This document shows, one piece after another, positions 56,476 to 64,000 of a stretch of DNA of 64,000 nucleotides (positions within the stretch are counted from its first letter, which is position 1; each line of letters opens with the position of its first letter). Source of the stretch: a virus; IMG/VR virus record IMGVR_UViG_3300009080_000001, positions 20,759-84,758 of that record. One strand, written 5' to 3'. A program made the translations under genes and the position numbers. The notes below the pieces were generated by a model. The model did not search any database. It was not told the DNA's origin and saw only the letters and a program-made list of their open reading frames with translations.

Positions 56476-57371
56476 CCGTCAGTGTCGTATGTTATATCTA
56501 CTGTTTTAATTAATACAGCAAGTAACTTATATTCAACTTGAGTTATATTTCCCATAGTATCTCTAGCCGTTACTTCAAAGCTATCGTATTCTTTTGTAGG
56601 AACAGTGTTAATACTTCCGTCTGGGTTTATATTTAACTCATGCCCATCACTATCAGCTATTGTTACACCAGTAGGAGTAACTTCAAAACTTGCAGTATAT
56701 GAATTGTATCTTAGTCCCTTTAAAGTATTTCCGTTATAGATAGGATTACCAGCAGTGTCATATTCTAAACACATTTCACCAACTTCAAAACTATCGCCTT
56801 GCACTAGTCTATTAGCTAAGAATCCAGAAGTACCAAGATCTATAGCTTGAGTATCTCCAAATTGGTAGTACTGTATATCCACATAAGAAGATAATAAGTT
56901 ACTATCTAGTACATAAAACTCATCTGTACTTTCTATTGCACTTTTAACAGCGAACGCCACGACTGATGCAGGATCATTTGTAGTTAGGTCAATTTGATGC
57001 TCAACATCACCAATTCCCGGAGCACTTCCTGACCCTGAAACTTGAAACCAAAATACATGAGTCTTTTTAGTAATGAACTCTTGTAAAGTGAAGTAAGTTC
57101 CAGCTAGATCTCCTCCTGAGTCTGCTCGTACATTGATCCTATCAGAAGCTGGCGCACTAGCTTGATAGTATGTTACTTTGGTAGGTCTATCACTACCATC
57201 TAGTTCTTGTATAAAATGCGTATAAGCGTCTTTTAGTATAGCATTAGTCTCGTAATGTCTAAACGCTGATTGAAGCTCAGAGAACGCCATTTTCTGTGTC
57301 TGACCGGGATCAAACTGAGTATTCTTGACGTTTTTAAAGTCCAATTTATTGTCTTTCTTGTTAAAACTCAT
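56442..57371 (-). CDS. virion structural protein
   Basis: LAGTYF...VFWF, LNINPDGSIN motifs. Confidence 0.55.
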   Translation of the reverse strand: MSFNKKDNKLDFKNVKNTQFDPGQTQKMAFSELQSAFRHYETNAILKDAYTHFIQELDGSDRPTKVTYYQASAPASDRINVRADSGGDLAGTYFTLQEFITKKTHVFWFQVSGSGSAPGIGDVEHQIDLTTNDPASVVAFAVKSAIESTDEFYVLDSNLLSSYVDIQYYQFGDTQAIDLGTSGFLANRLVQGDSFEVGEMCLEYDTAGNPIYNGNTLKGLRYNSYTASFEVTPTGVTIADSDGHELNINPDGSINTVPTKEYDSFEVTARDTMGNITQVEYKLLAVLIKTVDITYDTDGCILTYTETPA

Positions 57372-57380
57372 TTAACTTCC

Positions 57381-59162
57381 TTATTTGGTAGTTACTTTAG
57401 CTCTATATTTAATAGTACCGGAATTGAATGTTCCGTATGTACTTGAGCTATATGTTACTTGTCCAGAAGCATCTATGTCGAAGTTTACGTCTGAATCATC
57501 TCCTAAAGATGTTTCTGATAACTCCCAACTTGCTCCTTTTTGTATTCCGTGTAATTCATATTCTTCAAATAAATCTGCAGCAGCATCTATTTCAACTGAT
57601 ACTTGAGCTACAAATGATCTTACTGTTGCGTTAGCGAATGCTAGTCCAACAACACTTGCTCCAGCCGCAGATTCAGCAATTGCTTGACTTCCTTCAGTTA
57701 AATCTCCATCACTAAATCCTACATATGATTTCATTGCAGCTACTGATGGTGCTTGGTCTGTTTCACTTCCGGCAGTTGAGTTTACTACAGCAGCAGTTCT
57801 AGCTCCAGCAGCATCAACAAATGCAGAGTCGTTAGTAAGTGTTGAAATGTTATCACTTGGCTGAGTAGCAGATAATGCTTTAGATTCTACATCATCTAAA
57901 TCAACAGCTTGTGTAACAGTTATATAATCTATTTTAGTTAACTGAGCTGGGCTTGCGTATTTATTAGTAGCACTTTCAGTTAAATCATCTGTATCTTTTG
58001 TTGCTAATCTTGTGTCGAAATCTCCGTCAAAGTCAGCGGCTACATACTTCTCAGTATCTAATTCTTCTAAAGCAGCTTGTACTTCTGTAGCAGCTATATT
58101 ACCTGCTGGAGTTACGTTAATTTGATCAGCATTATGTTTACTTGGGTTAGCGTCTAGATGTGCAGCTACCGCAGATTCAGTATCTGTAGTTCTTTCAGCT
58201 AATTGATCTAATCCACCGTCAACATTTCCCGGATCTACTCCAGTATCCCAATCTGCTAATGTAGATGGTGTATATGTAATTTCACTTGCATCGTCTTTTT
58301 CAGCCACTCTAGCAACAACATAATCTTTTACTGCTTGAGCACCAGCTATGTTTGTATTTGATACTGCTAGGTCTAAATCAGTGATTAATACGCCAGCTTT
58401 TAGGTTGTCTGTTTCAATGTTAGATACAGTGTTGTTATCAACGTCTATAGTCTTGTTTATGACCGTTTGTGTATGGTTTGCAGTGATTATCTCGGACTGA
58501 GATCCGACCTCTCCTAGAGCCATTTTAGAGGCTGTAGTACTGTCGTATCCTAGTTCAACGTCAGTAGCGTCAGACATTTCAATTGTTAGTCCAGCATTAC
58601 CAGCATCAGCACTAGCCTGAGTTCCACCGTTATTTACAGTAATATTAGCGTCTGTAACGTCTAATGTGTCAGAGTTAACAGAAGTTGTAGTACCATTTAC
58701 AGTTAAGTCACCGTCAATTGTTAGGTCATTTACTCCTGTAACATTATTACTATCATCTACGTCAATTCCAGTAGCTTCTACATCAACGCCAGAAGTTCCG
58801 ATAGACTTAACAAGCTTATTGTCAGTCATTGGAGTTGCAGCATTAATCTTAGTATCTAATTCACTTTGAATCTTATCTGAAGACCAAAGAGAAGTTGTTG
58901 TCGTTGTTGCGTCATCTAAAGCTCTATGCTCGTCAATGTCGTAGTTTAATAAGTTATTATGGTCAATTTGAGTCTCATCAACGTCAATCTTTATAAGCTC
59001 ATTAGCTCCCGGATTTTCAGTTGTGACCAGTACTTTTGATGACTCTGCTAGTACTTTCTCTTCTAAGAATGCCGCTGAGGTATCGTCTATAGATACTTTT
59101 ACTCTACGGTCATCAGAGCCTCCAGACCCGCCTATGTTAAATGATCTATATGTATTTGCCAA
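57381..59162 (-). CDS. fibre-like structural protein
   Basis: DLTVNGTTTSVNS, ATEVQAALEELD, TDDLTESATNKY fibre-type repeats. Confidence 0.6.
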   Translation of the reverse strand: MANTYRSFNIGGSGGSDDRRVKVSIDDTSAAFLEEKVLAESSKVLVTTENPGANELIKIDVDETQIDHNNLLNYDIDEHRALDDATTTTTSLWSSDKIQSELDTKINAATPMTDNKLVKSIGTSGVDVEATGIDVDDSNNVTGVNDLTIDGDLTVNGTTTSVNSDTLDVTDANITVNNGGTQASADAGNAGLTIEMSDATDVELGYDSTTASKMALGEVGSQSEIITANHTQTVINKTIDVDNNTVSNIETDNLKAGVLITDLDLAVSNTNIAGAQAVKDYVVARVAEKDDASEITYTPSTLADWDTGVDPGNVDGGLDQLAERTTDTESAVAAHLDANPSKHNADQINVTPAGNIAATEVQAALEELDTEKYVAADFDGDFDTRLATKDTDDLTESATNKYASPAQLTKIDYITVTQAVDLDDVESKALSATQPSDNISTLTNDSAFVDAAGARTAAVVNSTAGSETDQAPSVAAMKSYVGFSDGDLTEGSQAIAESAAGASVVGLAFANATVRSFVAQVSVEIDAAADLFEEYELHGIQKGASWELSETSLGDDSDVNFDIDASGQVTYSSSTYGTFNSGTIKYRAKVTTK

Positions 59163-59174
59163 GGTTATCTCCTC

Positions 59175-59531
59175 TTAGTGTCTTCGTTTTGCTTTATAAA
59201 CTATACTTTGTACATCTATGCTTCCAGTTGTAACTTCTATCTTAATTCTGATATAGTTAACACCTGTTCCACCAATATCCATAATGTCCGACCCTGTAGC
59301 ACTAGTAATAACTTGTTCAGAATCTGTTATTGGTGAGAAGTTAACATCGTCATTACTAACTTCAAGCATTATCTTCATATCAACATTAACACCATTGTCA
59401 TAAACAGTTTGGATTGAGAATTCATTCTCTCTATTCGATATGTCTATAGATGGAGTTACAAACTCAGAGTTTACAGTAGTAGCTGTTGAAACTAGTTCTG
59501 CAATTAATATAGTATCTAGTTTATTACCCAT
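59175..59531 (-). CDS. small beta-sandwich virion protein
   Basis: LEVSNDDVNF...YIRIK. Confidence 0.55.
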   Translation of the reverse strand: MGNKLDTILIAELVSTATTVNSEFVTPSIDISNRENEFSIQTVYDNGVNVDMKIMLEVSNDDVNFSPITDSEQVITSATGSDIMDIGGTGVNYIRIKIEVTTGSIDVQSIVYKAKRRH

Positions 59532-59782
59532 TACTTATCCTTTTTCTTAACTGCTGGAAGTTTAACACTTGCTAACATATCAACGATAAATACAATCATT
59601 TTATATGTCTTAGTTCCCATAAACTTATGGAGTTTTTTATCATCTTCTTGCTCAACTGTAAGCTCAACATATCTACCAAGGATAGCGAAGATAGGCTTAA
59701 ATACCACTCTACAAATAACCATGATAGCAATAACGTGTTGTAACATCGGGTATGTTTCTAATAAAAACTGTATTTGATCCAT
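59531..59782 (-). CDS. membrane protein (holin-like)
   Basis: hydrophobic segments around a QEDD motif. Confidence 0.45.
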   Translation of the reverse strand: MDQIQFLLETYPMLQHVIAIMVICRVVFKPIFAILGRYVELTVEQEDDKKLHKFMGTKTYKMIVFIVDMLASVKLPAVKKKDK

Positions 59783-60316
59783 TTAATCCTCCAAGTAATA
59801 TGTAAATTTTTTAATAATCTTTTCACTTTGTCCACCATCCATAAATTCTGAAGGGTGTTTTCTTCTTAACCAGTGTTCAAATGCTTCAATTTCTATAGCG
59901 TCTGAACTTCCGATTTTCTTCGGTAAATCTCTTAGATATTGTCTGTACGTCATATACATTTTTCTATGTTTCTGATCTACAATAACATCTGCGATAAATA
60001 GCCAATCTGTAGCGCATAATATCGAATCACGTTTCTTGATCATTTGTGTCATTTTATTTTCACGATCATATAAATGTTCTTCAATATATTCAACTGTGTA
60101 TTCAGCAGGGAGTTCTTGTTTTAAAAGTTTAACTCCCATTGGTCCAGTAACTTCTTCTAATAATTTAGCTCCGTCTATTCTATTTGGAGATGTAATTATT
60201 GTTGCGTCTTTACCTTTAGCTTTATGGTTTTTTACCCACTCTTCTGCTTCTTTTTGTGAAGGTAGTATGTTTGAGAAACTACCTCCGTTTAATTTAGTTA
60301 TGATAACTTTTATCAT
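59783..60316 (-). CDS. tail fibre assembly chaperone-like protein
   Basis: KRDSILCATDW...D...YRQYLRDLP signature. Confidence 0.7.
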   Translation of the reverse strand: MIKVIITKLNGGSFSNILPSQKEAEEWVKNHKAKGKDATIITSPNRIDGAKLLEEVTGPMGVKLLKQELPAEYTVEYIEEHLYDRENKMTQMIKKRDSILCATDWLFIADVIVDQKHRKMYMTYRQYLRDLPKKIGSSDAIEIEAFEHWLRRKHPSEFMDGGQSEKIIKKFTYYLED

Positions 60317-60318
60317 TG

Positions 60319-62421
60319 TTATTTTATTCTTGCTATTGAAAATACGTTTCTTGATGCGCTTGTCGTTAATGCTTCAGAAGTTCCTGTGTTTTGATATGTC
60401 CTTATAGCTACTTCATCCCCTTTAGTTAGCAATATAGTATCGCTTACTTTAGCTGAGTGAGCATTAACTCCGTTTGTTGCAGAGAATTCAAAAATCTCCC
60501 CAGTTTCCTCGGAACCGTTGATCCAAATAGCTCCTACAACTACCTCAGAAGCGTCTGAATTAAGTCCAGAGTAAGTGGCTATACCTTTTATCCAATAAAG
60601 ACCAGAAACGGGTATTGTGTATATTCCAGTTGAAATGTTATATGCGTTATGAGTATCGTGATCAATGTCTTCATAGATAACTACCTGTTCAACATTGTTA
60701 CTAATACTTTGACCACTATTACTAGTATACCTAGCAGCTACTGTTTCAGTTTCTAGAATCGTTTGTGGTGATGCTAGTTTTATAATTCTTAGTCTGTGAG
60801 CTTGTGTATTATTAGACAGGGTTATATTAGCACCAGAACGTATACTTGCCGATTGACCTTTATTGAGTTTAACTATTTCAGTAAACTGTACCATGTCAGA
60901 GGCAATTCCTTCGTATGCTATAAAGTTCTGATAAACAGAGTCTACGTATAGTCTCAAGTCGGTGACAGTGGACGCAGTAGCTCTTACACTACCTGTAAAT
61001 AGATATGTTCCAGTTTCTGGAGCAGTAAATTGAGTTCCGTTAAAAGATCCAGTCGTATCAACATATTCAGTAAAATCTATATCGGTGTTAGATGCGCTTA
61101 TAACAGTTCCTGCATTCCCAGATGCTTCAACAACAACATCTCTTCCACCTAAGTCTTCTGACATTTTAGCGTTAGATGACCATCCTTTTATTTTAACCTT
61201 AAAGTTGAAAGAAATATATTGAGTTTGAATTACATCTGAATATTTATAACTTGCTATTGCCGATGGTTTCCATAATGACATCTCCGTAGTAGATGCTAAG
61301 TTTACAGCGAATCCACCATTACTATCGTTATAATAATCTCCGTTACCTACTTTTGTAAAACCGTCTTCAGTATTAAGCTCTCCTTCTAATCCATCAGGTA
61401 ATGTGAATCTTAATTCGGTAGATCCTGAACCTGCCACTCCATCTTTTCTTAAATAAAAACTACCTTCTAAGTAATCTCCTACTCTTCTATATTGTAGTTG
61501 CGCTCCTCCCCATCCCGTTAGGTTAATTAAAGGTGTTACGTCCGATGCAGTTAAATTTATACTATCTGTAACAATAGTTCCATGAGCAATTGCAGTAGGT
61601 CCAACTTGAACATTATCCATTTTAACATCAAATGAATCTCCACTTTGCATACCTAAAGCATTATGAATTACTAATCTATAGTTAACTGAATCACTAGCTG
61701 TTTGAAATTGAGCATAATGAGTTCCAGAATTTGCATTAAGTTGTAAATCTTCACCATTAACTCTGATTAATTGTGAGTTAGTTTCATCGTAAATATATAC
61801 TCTTAATTGTCCATCAACTGGAGTTGTTATTGAACTATCATCAATTAGATAGTCGAATGATATTGTTAATTTCTTAGCTTTATCTGCAGAATCAACTACG
61901 AAGCTTGAATAGACACCGTGACCTTGTAAATCACCTGCTGATATTTCAATTCCACCAAAAGTGAATGATCTAGATCCTCTTAAAGGATTAGAAGTTGTTG
62001 AAGCAATTCCTGACCAACCACCGTTTACTGTTCCACCAAAATCATCTGGTAATTCACCCGGAGTTGTATTTGCATAGTTACTAAAACCATCGGCATTTAC
62101 TTCTGCATCTGGGTTAGTGATATAATTGATACCACCTGCTCCACCACCAACTTCTGCTAATGCTCCGTCTAAAACTTGGAACATCTTCTTAGTATCTGTG
62201 GCGTAACATAGCTGACCGTTAGAAGCAGTACTTGCGTATGTCTGTAAGTTAGATAAAGTATCTTTCTTTACGTCTGATCTACTTGGATCAATAATTGCAG
62301 GAGTTGTTATTGTAGCTCCTGATTCAATTACTGTAGTAGAATCCATTGTTTTATTACTGAGTGTTTGTGCTTCAGTAGTATTAACATTGTTTTGTAAATT
62401 TTTTCCTGAGCTGAAACTCAT
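60319..62421 (-). CDS. tail fibre/receptor-binding protein with tandem C1q-like domains
   Basis: FTAPETGTYLF and YTIPVSGLYWI...LTKGDEV C1q-like patterns. Confidence 0.7.
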   Translation of the reverse strand: MSFSSGKNLQNNVNTTEAQTLSNKTMDSTTVIESGATITTPAIIDPSRSDVKKDTLSNLQTYASTASNGQLCYATDTKKMFQVLDGALAEVGGGAGGINYITNPDAEVNADGFSNYANTTPGELPDDFGGTVNGGWSGIASTTSNPLRGSRSFTFGGIEISAGDLQGHGVYSSFVVDSADKAKKLTISFDYLIDDSSITTPVDGQLRVYIYDETNSQLIRVNGEDLQLNANSGTHYAQFQTASDSVNYRLVIHNALGMQSGDSFDVKMDNVQVGPTAIAHGTIVTDSINLTASDVTPLINLTGWGGAQLQYRRVGDYLEGSFYLRKDGVAGSGSTELRFTLPDGLEGELNTEDGFTKVGNGDYYNDSNGGFAVNLASTTEMSLWKPSAIASYKYSDVIQTQYISFNFKVKIKGWSSNAKMSEDLGGRDVVVEASGNAGTVISASNTDIDFTEYVDTTGSFNGTQFTAPETGTYLFTGSVRATASTVTDLRLYVDSVYQNFIAYEGIASDMVQFTEIVKLNKGQSASIRSGANITLSNNTQAHRLRIIKLASPQTILETETVAARYTSNSGQSISNNVEQVVIYEDIDHDTHNAYNISTGIYTIPVSGLYWIKGIATYSGLNSDASEVVVGAIWINGSEETGEIFEFSATNGVNAHSAKVSDTILLTKGDEVAIRTYQNTGTSEALTTSASRNVFSIARIK

Positions 62422-62447
62422 GTTATTCTCCTATTGGTTTTTTATAA

Positions 62448-63998
62448 TTATTTAATTCTTGCTATTGAAAATACGTTATAATCTGGCGAAGTTGATGGTC
62501 CTGTCGTTGTTGATGAGTATGCAAAAATTTCAACCTCATCTCCCTTTTCTAACTTAAGTATAACATTCCCTTCTACATAATGTGAGTATGATCCATTAGC
62601 CCATGCTCTATTAAACGCTCTCTTTTTATTTACTCCGTTTACTCTTATTTCTAATTGAACGCCTCCACCTGCAGTGAATGCTACTGACCCAGTTAAAAAA
62701 GACCCGTTCATACTATATATACCAGAAGCAGGTACTGTGTACACACCTGTTGATGTGTCGTAAGCATTATGTGTATCGTGATCTATATCTTCATATATTA
62801 ACACTGAAGAAGAAGTGTTGATAGTCTGAGAAGTACTGTTATCTGTTCTATAAATAGCTGCTACTGTTTCGTTTTCTAAAATTGTTTGAGCTGATGAGCG
62901 TTTAGTTATTCTTAACCTATGTAAATCTCCATCATTTGTTAGTGTTAATGTTTGGTCAGTTCTAAAGGTTACTACTTCCCCTTTGTTTAGGTAATATCCT
63001 GTAAAAAATGCATTAGTAACAATTGATGCAGCAGCTTTAGTATGTCTTTCTCTCTGAGTACCATCTACATAAAGATTTACCTGAAAAGATGATGAGGCTG
63101 TAACTCTTACGCATAAATCTATATCATAGTATCCTGATTCTGGTACAGTAAAGGCATCATTAGTATTATTTCCAGTGTTTCCTGCATTTGACCATGATGC
63201 TGTTGTGTCATATGCTATCGTCTTGAAAGGTATATCTTCAGATGATGTTACTGTTTCTCCGTCGTTTCCAGATGCTTGTAGTGCTATATCTCTACCACTA
63301 AAGTCTTCGCTCATCTTTGCGTTTGATGACCAACCTTGGATAGGTATTGTCGCTCTTAAATAAATCTGTGTTGTTGTTAAGATATGAGAACCTACATATG
63401 CTCCTCCAGTTCCTACATTATTCATTTGAACTGCGTTTCCATTATCTGAGGTTACTGCGAAAGCTGCCCAAGTATTAGATGCTGTTCCTAGATTATATTC
63501 TTCGCCGACACCTACTTTTCCTTTAACTTTACTTGCATCATTCATTAACCCTGTTGGTATTGAAAATTTTAAAACAGATCCTCCTGAACCTGCCACTCCT
63601 CCTACGGCTCTAATACCTATCTCAACACTATCGCCTACTCTTCTATAGCGTCCTTCTATTGCAGACATTACTGCGCTTCCGCCTCCGGTCATTATCGGAG
63701 TATACTCTTCCCAATCCGTAACAATAGTTCCGTGACTAATAACTTGAGGTCCAACTGAAACATTATCTAAAACAATATTAACAGCTAAAGCTTGAGTTGA
63801 ATCTTGTTCAATTACTAATCTATACTCTGTTTCTGTAGAATCAGTTTGAAATTGAGCATAATGAGTTCCTTTTCCACCAAGTAAATCTTCACCATTAGGT
63901 CTGATTGTAACAGGAGTTCCAGAAGGATCTTGAATGATTAATACTTTCATATCTCCATCTGAGTAATTAGCGTCTGAAGCGTCATAGTCAAATGAGAT
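62448..63998 (-). CDS. tail fibre/receptor-binding protein, paralog of 60319-62421 (5' end outside window)
   Basis: frame open to window end (ISFDYDASDANYSDGDMKV, matching LTISFDY in the paralog); C1q-like domains. Confidence 0.7.
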   Translation of the reverse strand: MSFDYDASDANYSDGDMKVLIIQDPSGTPVTIRPNGEDLLGGKGTHYAQFQTDSTETEYRLVIEQDSTQALAVNIVLDNVSVGPQVISHGTIVTDWEEYTPIMTGGGSAVMSAIEGRYRRVGDSVEIGIRAVGGVAGSGGSVLKFSIPTGLMNDASKVKGKVGVGEEYNLGTASNTWAAFAVTSDNGNAVQMNNVGTGGAYVGSHILTTTQIYLRATIPIQGWSSNAKMSEDFSGRDIALQASGNDGETVTSSEDIPFKTIAYDTTASWSNAGNTGNNTNDAFTVPESGYYDIDLCVRVTASSSFQVNLYVDGTQRERHTKAAASIVTNAFFTGYYLNKGEVVTFRTDQTLTLTNDGDLHRLRITKRSSAQTILENETVAAIYRTDNSTSQTINTSSSVLIYEDIDHDTHNAYDTSTGVYTVPASGIYSMNGSFLTGSVAFTAGGGVQLEIRVNGVNKKRAFNRAWANGSYSHYVEGNVILKLEKGDEVEIFAYSSTTTGPSTSPDYNVFSIARIK

Positions 63999-64000
63999 CG

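Noticed and set aside
239-63363. Short antisense ORFs in the track (e.g. 5016-5249, 14044-14352, 35959-36201, 51625-51981, 60036-60407)
   Set aside because: They lie opposite well-supported genes, lack SD sites or motifs, and break the strict two-arm strand organisation.
60319-64000. Diversity-generating retroelement acting on the fibre genes
   Set aside because: No reverse transcriptase is seen, and differences between the paralogs are not an adenine-specific TR/VR pattern. One could lie outside the window.
1-64000. tRNA or rRNA genes
   Set aside because: No cloverleaf or T-loop (GTTCRA) signature was seen in intergenic space. A tRNAscan run would be definitive.

Overview
A 64 kb AT-rich fragment of a tailed dsDNA phage, probably podovirus-like, organised as two convergent arms that meet at about 34,560. 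The + strand arm (1-34.6 kb) carries sigma70-type promoters, gp88-like, rIIA-like, MoxR-like AAA+ and VWA genes, a PhaR-like regulator, dCMP deaminase, a PD-(D/E)XK nuclease, ERF recombinase, primase-helicase, family A DNA polymerase, endonuclease VII, an RNase H-like exonuclease, two ClpP-like proteases, nucleotide pyrophosphatases and many small ORFs. The - strand arm (34.6-64 kb) encodes virion proteins: C1q-like fibres, decoration proteins, tail tubular/adaptor proteins and ejection proteins, one with a pesticin-like muramidase. The standout feature is a conserved ~25-aa peptide module, consensus VKDTRLA(R/K/E)K(M/L)(Y/F)PxAxExDGWLxI, found 23 times. It is always in frame on the + strand and shows synonymous codon variation. 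It ends 21 small ORFs whose N-terminal domains are otherwise unrelated (often KFKVGD-starting SH3/KOW-like barrels), begins one ORF, and is inserted once in the DNA polymerase thumb where T7 gp5 carries its thioredoxin-binding domain. This looks like an undescribed 'constant tag plus variable domain' protein library. All family assignments come from motif recognition by eye; no searches were run.
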